Below are positions 12,991 through 25,568 of a stretch of DNA of 64,000 nucleotides, piece after piece. This DNA comes from the human T2T-CHM13v2.0 reference genome, Homo sapiens. Under the pieces are notes generated by a model. That model saw only the letters and a list, made by a program, of their open reading frames with translations, was not told the DNA's origin and made no database searches. Within the stretch, counting starts at the first letter, position 1. Each line of letters begins with the position of its first letter. The translations under genes and the position numbers were made by a program. The DNA lies in assembly GCF_009914755.1 (NCBI RefSeq), contig NC_060927.1; one strand, written 5' to 3'.

Positions 12991-13777
12991 AATAATTATA
13001 TTAATAAATAATTAATAATATTTAGTATTAATATAGTATTAATAAGTAATTAGTAATACTATTTATTATTATTATGCCAAGATGACAAGTATAAACTAGG
13101 CAGAACCAGGCCAACCTGGACATCTGGTCACCCTGCTTATCCTCTACTCACTACCAGCCTTGTAGGCCAGGACTGGCAGATCTTCATCTCACAAACCCCC
13201 GCCCCACCTTCCTCCTGCCTCTTCCCAGCAGCGCCCTAGCTGAGCACCTCAGGGACTTCTCCTCCCGGGGCAGGGGCCCCCCAGAACCGCAGCCTGCCTG
13301 GAGCTGCGGAATGCTCTGAAACGGGGGAGATCGCAAGTTCCCGTTCCTGCCCCCACGTCCCTGCAGACCCTGGAGCCCTTGAGCGACCCCGGGAGCCTAC
13401 CGTGAGGGCCGAGCGGGTGGCGCCGGGCTGCCCTGTCTTCCTCAGGAGCAGAGAGGAGTCTGGTGTGGCCTGTGGTCAGCTCAATCCAGCCCCAGCGCTG
13501 ATCAAAGTTCCAGGCAGTGGTTCCTCCCCTCACGTGGCCCCAGCGTCCCAGAATGTCACCAGGGTCACAGGACGGGAGAGGGCCTTGGCAAGGCCTCTGA
13601 AGATTACAAAATGACCCTGAACTCCTCCCATGTACAGAGCCCTGCCGGGGCCAAAATCCCACCGAGGTTGCAGGGTTGGCACCTTCAGGACCCCGAGGAC
13701 ACTCAGAAAGCTCTAGAGATTCCCGCAGGCGGCTGGGTTGGTGAGGCCTGGGATGGGGTCCACGCTCACACCCATAC

Positions 13778-13865
13778 CTGTGAGCAGAGGCAGAGGGACT
13801 GGGAGCCTGCCTTCAGCCTCAGGCCCCTGCTGGGCTCTCAGCGCCCGGAGGCATTTCAAGAGGGC
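13778..13865 (-). other. CPN2: Probable non-coding exon 1 of CPN2 (TSS approximate)
   Basis: Minus-strand donor CAG|GTATGG at 13778/13777. It pairs with the acceptor CTAG|AAG ATG at 5267/5266, giving an ~8.5-kb intron that fits my recall of the gene size. Forkhead-like motifs lie just upstream. Confidence 0.65.
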
Positions 13866-13940
13866 TGTGGATTTGTTGTTTTGTCTTGTTGTGTTTGTTT
13901 GCTTGTTTAATGAACGAACTTTCTAAACCCTTCCTGAATT
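13866..13940 (-). promoter_or_regulatory. Candidate CPN2 proximal promoter with forkhead (FOXA-like) sites
   Basis: TGTTTGT at 13892-13898 and TGTTTGC at 13896-13902, plus TGTTTAATGAAC nearby. Consistent with the known liver expression of CPN2. Confidence 0.45.
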
Positions 13941-14094
13941 AGAAGGGGGAAAAGCTATAGGGAGATGAATTGGGGCCCAATATGGAGAGGAGCGCTCAGA
14001 CACTCAGGGCTGGCCGAGGACGAAAGATGCTGCTTTGGAAGGGAGGGATTTTCCCATCTCCGGAGGTGTGGAACCAGGGCTGCAAGACACACGG

Positions 14095-15130
14095 AGTGTG
14101 TGTGTGCTGAGTGCGTGCGTCTGGGGGTGTGCATGTAAGTGGGTGTAAATGTGAGTGGCTGTAGGGGGTGTGTGGTGAGTGCATGTGTGGGGGTGTGTTG
14201 TGTGTGTGTGTAAGTGGGTGTATGTGTGAGTGGGTGTGTGCGCACGTGGGTAGGGTGTGTGTGTGGTGAGTGCGTGTGTGGGTGCGTGTGTGGGTGTATG
14301 TGTGAGTGGGTGTAGGGGTGCGTGTGGTGAGTGCGTGTGTGGGGGTGTGGTATGTAAAGAGGGTGTATATGTGAGTGGGCGTGTGTATGTGAGTGTAGGA
14401 GTGTGTGTGGTGAGAGCACATGTGTGATGTGTGTGTAAGTGGGTGTATGTGTGAGTGGGTGTAAAGGTGTGTGTGGTGAGTGCGTGTGTAAGTGGGTGTA
14501 GGGGAGTGGTGAGTGCGTGCGTGTGGGTGTGGGGGGTGTGTGTGTAAATGGGTATATGTGTGAATGGGTGTAGCGGTGTGTGTGGTGAGTGCGTGTGTAA
14601 GTGGGTGTATGTGTGAATGGGTATGTAAGTGGGTGTAGGGGAGTGTTTGGTGAGTGCGTGCGTGTGGGTGTGGGGGGTGTGAGTGGGTATATGTGTGAAT
14701 GGGTGTAGGGGTGTGTGTGGTGAGTGCGTGTGTGTAGGTGTGCAGTGTGTGTAAGTGGGTGTATGTGTGAGTGGGTGTGTGTAAGTGGGTGTAGGGGTGT
14801 GTGTGGTATAAGTGGGTGTGTATATGCATGAGTATGTCTCGTGTGTGTAGAATGAGAGTGTGTGAGAAAATGTGTGGTAAGTGGGTGTGAGTGTGCAGTG
14901 AGTGGGTGTGTGGGTGTATGTGTGTGGTGAGTGGGTGTGTGTGTGCAGTGTGTGGGTGTGTGGTGTGTGTGGTGAATGGGTGGGTGTGCGTGTGTGCAGT
15001 AGGTGTGAGTGTGTTGGGGTATGTGTGTGTGTGGTGTGTGGTGAGTGGGTATGTGTGAGTGTGCACTGAGTGAGTGTGAGTGTGAGGATGTATGTGGGTG
15101 TGTGGTGAGAGCGTAGGAGTGGGTGTGTGG
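14095..15130. repeat. ~1-kb degenerate (TG)n-rich complex repeat
   Basis: Recurrent GTGTGTGGTGAGTGCGTGTGT and GTAAGTGGGTGTATGTGTGAGTGG motifs. Source of the spurious His/Thr ORFs. Confidence 0.95.
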
Positions 15131-15823
15131 AGGCGAGCAGGGTGAAGGGGTGACCTGGACGAGCAGTCTAAGATCGTTTCAATGCCAGGAGTCTACCATT
15201 TAAAGTAGACTGATGGCTTTTTCACTCATTGCATGGTATTGATTTTTATCTACGCTTTTTATGAGTACAAATTAATGTTTCTTTTGCACGTGAGCTGATT
15301 GCATCAGCCAAACTGCAAAGGTCTAATGGAGTGTGGCAAGGAAGTGTGTTTCAGTGGCGATATGCCACAAATGCACTCTGGCAGAGGACAGCGGGAGCCT
15401 CTGGGATGGAGACAGGCGGTGAACAGTGTGCCCAGCTCCCCCTCAGCGGCCCCCGGGCTGGCAAGGGTGGGACAGTGGCTGGGAAAAATGGCTTGCGTGG
15501 GGGCACTCACAAGCAGTTCTGGGAAGAGCCTGGCACCGCCCTGTACTCAAGGTTCTCAAGCCATCCACACTCGCCTCCAGCAACACCGTTTGTTCATTGG
15601 TCAACGTGGCCTGGTGAACAAGAGAAACTTGGCATTGGACAGATCTAGGTTTGAATTCTGACTCTTCAACTAACTAGTCAGTCCTTAGACAAGTGATTTA
15701 ATCTCTACAAGTCTCTGCATTCTCGTCTGTGGAATGGGTGTGGCAGAAGGCCTGGGGAGGTAGGAGACAGAGAGAGAGAGTGTGTGTGTAGGGTGAAACA
15801 TCTGTGGAAGGGGACTTGCATTA

Positions 15824-16189
<366 letters not shown>

Positions 16190-16847
16190 TTATCCAAAAT
16201 TCCAGAAAGCTGTTTGAGTGTACTAAGGTTCAGTGGCTAGGGAAGGGCAACAAGGCCCTGCCTTGCTCATGGGAGGGGTCCAGCCCTGTAATATGATGAA
16301 CATGACTGACCCCTGTTGGGCTTAATCTCCTGGGACAGGCTTACACCTGGCAGAAGGGATCTAAGACACTAGAAGAGTCCAGGTAAATATGATTGGAAGC
16401 CCTTTTCCTGTGTATAATCATGGGATAAAGGGACAGGGACAGCAGATCACCCCTCTCTTAACTGCTGGACCTGCACCAGCAGCTGTGGCACCCCCAGAAC
16501 CCAAAGGCCTGAGGGAGTTCTGGAGACACCTGGACACTTGGAGGGAGTCACCTTCCTTCAGACAGTGTTGCCTGAGAGCCTGGGACTTCCTGAGCCTGGT
16601 GCTAAGTACTTAGAGGAGTCCAGAGGTGTGTAACATAGTCCTGCCACCTGCCTGCATGCATGTGTGTGTGTGCATACACACGTGTGCTTTGAACAAATGC
16701 TGACAGAACGTCAGTGGCTTCCTGGTGGCATAAAAGAACCAGCCTGGGAGCCTGAAGGCCTGGGTTGCAGGGCTGGCTCAGCCACTGGCTTACTGGTGAC
16801 TATTGGACATTCATTTCCTGTCTTGAGCTCCTTTTCCTCATCTATAA

Positions 16848-17304
<457 letters not shown>

Positions 17305-17422
17305 TAAGGATCTGTCCAGTTCAACCTTGCACAAACATAGAAGAGCAGAATCCACAGGTGTGAGACCACCTACCCAAGACTTCCATAGAGAGCACACACA
17401 GCCCATGTATACATGTATATTA

Positions 17423-17428
17423 TTTATT
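17423..17428 (-). terminator. LRRC15 poly(A) signal (3' UTR ~4.05 kb)
   Basis: AATAAA on -, then ...ATACATGTATACA and a GU-rich downstream element (GGCTGTGTGTGCTCTCT). Implies a ~5.9-kb mRNA. Confidence 0.75.
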
Positions 17429-19380
17429 GTTGATTCTGTACACCAAATGGATTACAAGCAGCATCCAGCAGAAGACAGACCCCCCAACCCTGCCCACCAG
17501 GGCTCACACTCTACAAAACCCTGAGGGCCTAGAAATCTGTAAATGCATCGCCAAGCACTGGGGCTGATTTGCAGTAATTCTCTAAGCAAGGCAAACATGA
17601 TCTAGCTTTGAAGGCAGCATGAAGGCAGCGGGTTGGTGAGAATAATCTCTCCTTAAGAGAAGAAGAAACCTGGGGCGGAAGGAGTTTTCCCCGGAAGTGG
17701 CTTGCCAGCCCACCCTCTCTGAACCACAGCCATGGCTTCCTTCCCAAGGCCACTGCTGGCTTCCCAACAACGCAGATTCAGTTCTGACTGTGGGATCTGG
17801 GGGCTGAATCTTTGAGTGGTTTATAGCTAAAAGCTAGGATACATCTAACATCTGTCGACCAACTCTGGGTCCCGAGTTATCTCTAGCTGTCTGCTCTCTG
17901 CAAACTTCCTGAGTTTGGAAGTTCTTTCCCAATAGCTCTACATCAGCATCTGAAAGGTTGTGGAAATTGTGTCCATGAAAAGTTCTAAGTAGAACTCTTG
18001 TATCTCTAAATTCTAAGGAGGAAGAACAATATACATACAGCCCAATTCCCATGAGAGGGACAAACTATTCTATTCTTTAAGGGATGGAAGAGTTTATTTT
18101 TTCCTGTGGTTACAAAGCTTTTGATCTATATGGTACCAAGTGAGGTTCTGATGACCAAGACTAAGGAGAGCAACAGGGGAATGGCTTCCATTTCCTTTGG
18201 TTTAATGACGAAAGCCCAAGACAAGCCATGAGCTCTTGTACAAAGTTTGAAGAGATAAATAAAACTCCCAGCCTATTGAACACCATGCAGAAGAGCAAGT
18301 GCCTCTGTACCCCATCACAAGTGGGTAGAGGCGGCACTCCTACCGCAGGGGTGCTGAGGGCTAGAGAGAGAATCCACGTCCAGTGCTTGAAGAGTATCTG
18401 TGCACAGTAAGCACTTTTTAAAAATAGTGGTTCTAATTGGCTTTTGTTGTTTCTTCTCCAACACTGACTCCCAGCTCCCACTCCAGATGGGCGTGGGACT
18501 GTCAAGGAGCTGTAAACAGAGAGGAAAACTGAACTCTGTACCCCACTCCAGCTTTCTGGGGGACCAGCCGGCTCATTCCAGCCCTGAGAATTGAGCAAAT
18601 GCATCATCCTGTTGGAAAGGAGACTCCACTCAGCTTTTCTAGTAGCTCCTCAGCCAGACAACATGGTGCAGAGAGGTTGAAGGGCCCGCTGAAGAAAAGG
18701 AGGCCAATGGCTCCATCCAACCACTCTGATGGGAGAAAGGAAGAGGCAAGAGGTTCACATAAGGGGGCCCTCACCCCTCACCTAGGGTGCTCCTGGGTGG
18801 TGTCATCTGAGGACAGTGGCCCTCAGGTCAGCCTCTGGCTGGAGAGGAAGGTGCTCCAATGTCATGGCTACTGCCAGGAATACCTAAGGGTTCTGGGTTA
18901 AGATTGGCAGGGCCCACCGGATGATGAGGTTTCCCACCTCCCTCCAGCCCTGGCCCACTTGTGCCTATGCACAAAGACATCTGGAGGCCACTCACAGGAG
19001 CACCCGACAGGTCTGTGGGCAAACCCATGCTTCCTGTCTGGAGGGGTATGGGCCGGGATGCCCCTGTTGGCACCAGGCACAGCAGGCCACCATCAGCGGG
19101 TGATGCTCATGTGCCATGCTCTGGGCTCACTTCCTGTTGGCTCTGGCAAGCCTTGGTGCATGTCCTCCAGGTGCCACCAATAGTGTGGAAATGCCTTGGA
19201 GACCCTGGGGGGATGACATCTCTTGACTCTGACGGGCCTCATCTCTCCTAGATTCCCTGGGACAGAGGGTGAAAAGCTACAAAGTGCACTAGTGTTTGCA
19301 AACAGCCCTCTGGACACTTTTTGTGCAGGAACTGGAAGGGAAAACTGGTCAGCACGTGCTCCTGTGGCCCTGGAGGATGT

Positions 19381-19575
19381 CACAGGTGTCTTGTGGAGCG
19401 GGGAGCTAATAAGAGCCGATCGGGATTGGTGGTAGATTTCCAGATCACAGGTGTCTTGTGGAGCGGGGAGCTAATAAGAGCCGATCGGGATTGGTGGTGG
19501 ATTTCCAAAGCACAGGTGTCTTGTGGAGCGGGGAGCTAATAAGAGCCGATCGGGATTGGTCGTGGATTTCCAGAT
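19381..19575. repeat. 65-bp tandem repeat, 3 copies, in the LRRC15 3' UTR
   Basis: CACAGGTGTCTTGTGGAGCGGGGAGCTAATAAGAGCCGATCGGGATTGGTGGTAGATTTCCAGAT at 19381, 19446 and 19511. Confidence 0.95.
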
Positions 19576-21458
19576 CCCCGTGGAGTCAGCTGAAGTTCTT
19601 TCCTGGGCAGACGTGGAGACCTGAAATTCTCCATTTCACTGTAAACTGGGCCAGTTGTCCAGAGAAAGACACACGTTGCCATGAGCCTAACTTCTTGAGC
19701 GCCATGTGAATATGTGTATAGCAGGAAAGCCAGAGAAGGCAGGTATTCGTGTGACTGTGACTCGAGGAGGAGAATAACCCTGGAGCAAACAACTCAACTC
19801 CTAACCAGACCACACGCAGGAGGAGCTCCAGGGAGCCCCCAGACCCAGTGTGACCCATCGGTGTACCCCCGTGTCGCCTGCTGTAAGTGAGATTCTGAAG
19901 TTCAGCTGCCAGCTGACTGTGATGTTGATGGAGAATTTTACCACATTAGAAAGACACTAGATTCCGTTACACTTCGTTTTCAATTAAAGGATCTCATCTC
20001 TGAGCGATTTCACTTCCCCTAAGTGAAGAATGAAAATTAAAAACAGATACAGGCATATCACGTCCATAGAAGGCTCCAGGCGGAGGGGCCTCCGATGAGC
20101 CGCAGACAGCTTGCTGGCAGGGAAGAGGGTGTGGCTGCACGGACCTCTGCAGTCAGGATGCTTCTGACCTGGCCAGCCAGGGTGCCCCAGGTCTCAGGGT
20201 CTCTCAGGGTCTCCAGATATAATAAAATCTCCTGTTCAGGCCACAGTCTCCCATCCTGTCCACACCCACATATTCTCCTCCACCCCTGGCCACGGGGCCT
20301 TTGCACAGGCTGACTGTGGGGGGACCGTCCTGGCTCATGGGGGGCAGGTCCCAGGTAAGTCCATCTTCAGAAGCCCCCATCTCCTCTGGGAAAAGCCCAG
20401 GATGGGGGATATTTGTGACGCTCTGGGTCTGGGTCTAGATGCTGATTACACAGGTATGTTCAGTTTGTGAAAATCCACCAAGCCATACACTATCATGTTC
20501 CCACTTTTCTGCAGGTACACTTCACATGCTTCAATTAAAAATTTTAAAACAAACTCTAGGGGTGAACACAGGGACCCCCAGGCACCAGATTTCTTTCTCT
20601 ATCCCGTATTAATAAGCTGATTTTAATGTTTTTAGAAGTCCAAAATTCTACATGATTTCATTCCTTAAAGGGCTAAACTTTTCAAAGCAAAGTTTGCAGT
20701 TTGGAAATATCCTTCTCTAAAAGGCTGAGCTTGCTGTGCTGGGGTGTTTCTTCCTTTTCCAGATAAAAATCACAAGTGAGACACTGATGACGGCTCTTCT
20801 GTCTCCAGGAACTGAGCGGCATGATTTTCCTTCTCTCTTTCATAGCATCCCCAAAACCAGGCTGATTGACGGCTCTTAAGAAACCAGTTAAATGGTTTGA
20901 AGTCTTCTTTGAGGAGAGAACTCACCCTGCCTTCAGGAGCAGAAAATCAAGGGGAGAACTTTCATTTGAGGGGACATGCTGGGTCAAGCCATAGCACAAA
21001 CAAGAGAAACAAAAGAAGGGAAATCAACTTACATAATACTTAGGCGAGAGGGGCTATCTCAGCGGAGAACTATTCCCACGAAGTGAGCAGGCTGTGGACT
21101 AACTGAGTCTACAGAGGCCCGGAGGGGGCCTGGGCGCAGGGAAGGCTGTTCTTGGAGGACAGGTGGGGAGGATTTGGAGGAAGAGCCCTCTCGAAGGAAG
21201 CCCAGGGGTATGAATCGGAAATCCCCAGGGCTTTTGCCATGGCCAGTTGGATCTATCTTCCTGATTGTAGGAAGGTCCGGCACGACCTGCTTCTCTACGG
21301 GAGAATCAGGCAAGTCAGGAAGAGGTAGGCACACCTTTATCTAGGGCCAGAAAGAGCAATCACGGGAAAGCTCCATGGACCCAGGGGTGGAGGCAGAAAG
21401 ATGAAATTCCCAGGTCCTCCAGTCCCATCATTCCCCAGCCCTGCTCCAGCCTGCCTCT

Positions 21459-23204
21459 TTAACACTCATTGGGTGCCTTCATCTGCATCAGGACAGCTTG
21501 GCTCCTCTTCTTGCAGCAGCAACAGCCGACGCAGGCAGCCAGGGAGCAGGCCAGGGCGACAATGCCAATTACAATGGCGGCAATGGCCAGCCCGCTCTGG
21601 GCCTGGGTCATGCCCCAAACGCTGCGGTCATCAGTGACCTGAATGGTAGTCAGATCAGTGTAGTCTTCCACAGGGCTGGTTAGCTCAGTGGTAGAAGAGA
21701 CGGATGTGGTGTCAGGGTAACTGGGTGTGTCTGGGTACCATGGTGTTTCTGGGTAACTAGGCACCTCAGGGACATGGACGCTTGGAACAGCAACGTTGAC
21801 ATTGATGATAATGAGGGACTGGCCTCGGACATTGGCTGGGCTGAAACACACAGGTACAGTGTCCGTCCCTAACCTAGGCTGGTTGAGCAGGAGCCAGTTG
21901 CGGAGCGGAAGGATGTCTGAGTCACACCTCCAGGGATTGTCATACAGCCGCAGCTCACACAGTTTCCCCAGGTGATCGAAGATGCCGAGGGGCAAGTTCT
22001 CCAGCTGGTTGTTCTGCAGCTGGATGGCCATGAGGCCATTGACGTTGGCGAAGATATTCCCTGGGAGCTGTCTGAGGCGATTGTTCTGCAGGGAGATGTT
22101 CTGCAGGTTGGCCAACATGCGGAAGACATTCCCGTCCAGGTCCTGCAGTGCGTTGGTGTGGAGGGACAGCTCCCGAAGCTCCGTTAGCCCGTTGAAGGCA
22201 CCCGGGGAGATGAAGCTGATCTGATTGCGGCTAAGAATCAGGACCTGCAACTGGCGGAGGTTGCTGAAGACATTGTCGGGTAGAGAAGAGATGTGGTTGT
22301 CATAGAGCCAAAGCTCCCGCAGGTTGGGCATGGGCCCGAAGATCCCCAGAGAGAGCTCCTTCAGGGAATTCCCAAAGAGAGTAAGACGGTTGAGCTGGGG
22401 CAGCTGCATGAAGATGCTGGGTGGCAGCTGGGAGATGTGGTTGTTGGACAGGTAGAGTCTCTGGAGGTTGTGGTTGTTGTGGAAGAGACCAGGGGAGAGC
22501 AGTCCAATCTGGTTCTGCTGTAGAGCCAGTTCCTGCAGGTTAACAAGCCCATCAAAAGTGCCCATGGGGATATCCGTGAGCCTGTTCTCATACAGCCGGA
22601 GGACCTGGAGATTGCCCAGGTGCTGGAAGACCCTGGGTGAGATGTGGGTGAGGCTATTCTTGCCCAGATTGAGCTTCGTGAGTCCTACCAGGTGGTCGAA
22701 GGCTCCGTCAGGGATGTATTCCAGGTGGTTGCCGTGCAACTGCAGCTCCTTGAGGTTGCTGCACTGGGAGAAGTGGGCCGGCTGGATCTGCAACAGCTGG
22801 TTACTGGACAGAAGGAGAGACTCAAGGCTGTCCAGGCCCTGGAAGAGGCCGATGGGCAGAACCTGCAGCTTGTTGTTGGCGAGGCTGAGATAGCGCAGCG
22901 AGCCCAGGTTTCGGAAGGCCCCAGGCGTGATGCGCGACAGCTCATTCTTCTCAATCCTCAGGGCGATGAGGGCTGAGATATTGAGGAACGGGGACTCATT
23001 GAGTTCAGTGATGTGCGTGTTGAGGATCTGCAGGCTCATGGCGTTCCAGGGCAGAGGGGTGGGCACCGCCACAATGCGTGCCCCGGTGCACTCCACCTGG
23101 GAGGCCCTGGAGCAGGTACACTCGCTAGGGCAGCCATGGTAGGCCAACCCTGCACCCCAGGCTTGGCAGCCCACCAGCAAAAGGAGATAATGCTTCAGTG
23201 GCAT
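21459..23204 (-). CDS. LRRC15: Leucine-rich repeat-containing protein 15, type I membrane protein, 581 aa
   Basis: True ATG at 23204 (MPLKHYLLLLVGCQAWG...), preceded by the acceptor CAG|GCT. Signal peptide, LRRNT, ~15 LRRs, LRRCT (NPWRCD), P/T/S-rich stalk, TM helix (LAIAAIVIGIVALACSLAACV), Cys-rich short tail. The ORF-track extension to 23228 is intronic apart from the 3 exonic nt at 23205-23207. Confidence 0.97.
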   Translation of the reverse strand: MPLKHYLLLLVGCQAWGAGLAYHGCPSECTCSRASQVECTGARIVAVPTPLPWNAMSLQILNTHITELNESPFLNISALIALRIEKNELSRITPGAFRNLGSLRYLSLANNKLQVLPIGLFQGLDSLESLLLSSNQLLQIQPAHFSQCSNLKELQLHGNHLEYIPDGAFDHLVGLTKLNLGKNSLTHISPRVFQHLGNLQVLRLYENRLTDIPMGTFDGLVNLQELALQQNQIGLLSPGLFHNNHNLQRLYLSNNHISQLPPSIFMQLPQLNRLTLFGNSLKELSLGIFGPMPNLRELWLYDNHISSLPDNVFSNLRQLQVLILSRNQISFISPGAFNGLTELRELSLHTNALQDLDGNVFRMLANLQNISLQNNRLRQLPGNIFANVNGLMAIQLQNNQLENLPLGIFDHLGKLCELRLYDNPWRCDSDILPLRNWLLLNQPRLGTDTVPVCFSPANVRGQSLIIINVNVAVPSVHVPEVPSYPETPWYPDTPSYPDTTSVSSTTELTSPVEDYTDLTTIQVTDDRSVWGMTQAQSGLAIAAIVIGIVALACSLAACVGCCCCKKRSQAVLMQMKAPNEC

Positions 23205-25095
23205 AGCCTGTGCAAGGGGAGAGAGCACACGTTAGTCAGGGTCCTCTACCTGACACTGGCAAGTTTTAAGCCAACATCAACTCCAGTGCCAATGCTGGCT
23301 TGGCTTTGAACCCCATCATCACATACTGAACGCATGCTCTCTCTGCTCTGAACAGGAAGCCTCTGCACCTTTGCCCTGCCTTTCTGTTTCCATGCCTTTG
23401 CCCAGGCAATTCTCCCTACCTGGAATGTCCCTTGTCCTTATACAAAATTTTCCCATGCTTCCACGTCCAACTCCAGTGCAATAACCTTTAGGACACTTCC
23501 CAGATTCCATGAGTCAATCAGTTACCCTTCCATGAAGTCGTCTTTCCAGTCTCCATCATTGGCCATGGTGGCCTTGGATGTCATTCACTGTGTCCCCTGT
23601 CTGTCTCCTTCCCCAGTCAATAAGCTTTCCACGGACAGGGAGTCCATCTTTCATCCCTACAGTTTCCTTAGGGCGGGAACTGTATCTTATCCATCTCTGT
23701 ATCCCTCACATCATCTGAATGTGCTGGTTAAACACAGCCCTGTCAGGAGGAACACAAAGGCAATGGGAACAAATAAATAGGGCTGAACCTGGGGGAAGAT
23801 GGTGAGGCCACAAACACGGTAGCCTGCCGGGAGGTGCAGCAGCGGCGGCAGAGTTAGGACCACAGAGCTGGGATCTGCCTGAATGACTACAGTGGAAGCA
23901 GCTCTTCCTCACCCTCGCCTGGGCCTGCCCTGCCCAGCCCATCACCACCAACCATCACTTAGCCATCTGCTAGCCCTTTCACCTGTGCTTCATCTAGCTC
24001 GAATTCAAACCACCCTCCCAGGAAAAGGCAATGACGTGTCTGCACCATGTCCTGCCTCGCTGGGAGAGGCTGCTGTGGCTTAGCTGGTGCCCGAAGCCAG
24101 CCTTGTGGGTATAAGTCCCAGTTTCCACAAGAAACACTGGGGAGTCCTTGAGTAAGTTCCAGGAAACCTACTGAGATGTACTTTGAGCTAAAAGATGGTA
24201 GGTCAGGTGTGGCAATGTTCTGAAAATGGAGGCAAGTTCATGGAAATGTTGGTGTTTGAAATCACTGATGACAATGACATATATAACTGTGTGTGTGTAT
24301 GTGTGTGTGTGTGTGTGTAAAATGTAGAGATATGGGACATGGGTGCTGGTCCCTATATGAATATTTAAGGATCACTAACAGTTTCACCTTGCATGAAGCT
24401 TGAGGCCTGCAAGCTTCAGCTCCCTCGTGTGTGAAGAGGGGATGGTAACTCCCGCCCCGCTCTTGGGGCTGTTGTGAGGAGCGAATGCGGAAAGGATGCA
24501 GGGTCATCCCGGCCAGCGCTGTGCAAATGCGTGCCTTGTTCCATGCTTATCCACAGCATGGACCCTATAGACTCCTCAAGTCAGGAAGGCTTCAAAGTGC
24601 TTCTGGTCTTGGTATTCGTAGTCAAGGAACTAAGAATTTCTGTGTATATGTGAGAGTATCCGCAACTTCCACCAAAGGTTCAAAGGTCCAAACTCCTGGA
24701 AGATGCAGCAATCACTGCCGGTCACTCATTCCCATCACTTTTTGGAGATGCAAGAAGCAAGGAAAGGCTTCTGAGCTTAAAGCCCAGGTCTCCAGACCCC
24801 TGAGGAAGTACTTTGAGTGTTAATGCTGTGTCTCCCTTTCCATGAGCAAAAATCCTGAGTCAGAGGAAAGAATTTCAAATGATGGCACAGAAGCCATCAA
24901 TGGTTGGGTAAAGAAGGTATTTCTCTGGTCTCTGTCTGTGGCTCTGAACTCACGGGGTCTGGAGCCTGGCCCACGTCTCAGAGTAACCCAGGCTTCCTAA
25001 TTTGGCCTCAGCCCCATGCACCCCTTCCCTGCCCCCTCAACAAGCTTACTCTGAGATAAAAACCTAAGCCCATTCCCCAACCACACAGACCTTGA

Positions 25096-25394
<299 letters not shown>

Positions 25395-25511
25395 AAGACC
25401 TTGATTTTTTTACTTGTTCACAGCCCATGGAAGCCCTGACCTGCTATACTTTTACATTAAGAACTTGACTAAGCATATAGAACAATGGAAACAAGAAAGG
25501 AAAAAGAATAC

Positions 25512-25568
25512 CTTGTCCAAAGGCATCTAGATGCAAAGGAATGGGGCCAGGTTATGCTAGGGACACAT
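25512..25568 (-). CDS. LRRC15: Alternative LRRC15 exon encoding N-terminal extension MPLDK (coding 25526-25512); spliced product MPLDKA-MPLKHY..., 587 aa
   Basis: ATG CCT TTG GAC AAG|GTATTC donor at 25512/25511, in frame with GCT ATG of the main exon. Acceptors TTTTTTTCAG at 25570-25569 or CTAG directly before the ATG. Matches my recall of the longer isoform. Confidence 0.7.

Noticed and set aside
13146-13151. GTGAGT donor-like site on - as an alternative CPN2 first exon
   Set aside because: Poor exonic context (GTA|GT) and no independent support from the sequence.
13955-15066. 356-aa and 154-aa His/Thr/Pro-rich ORFs
   Set aside because: Translations of the (CA)n-rich repeat.
19381-19575. 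Possible CRISPR-like array
   Set aside because: Units are contiguous with no unique spacers, the context is eukaryotic and there are no cas genes. It is a VNTR.
21674-21695. tRNA-like 5' end GGCTGGTTAGCTCAGTGGTAGA with a perfect A box
   Set aside because: It is antisense to LRRC15 codons (STTELTS). No B box, anticodon arm or 3' acceptor stem follows, so this is coincidence.
23208-23228. ORF-track N-terminal extension MLSPLAQ of LRRC15
   Set aside because: Non-ATG start inside the intron's polypyrimidine tract; the acceptor AG is at 23209-23208.
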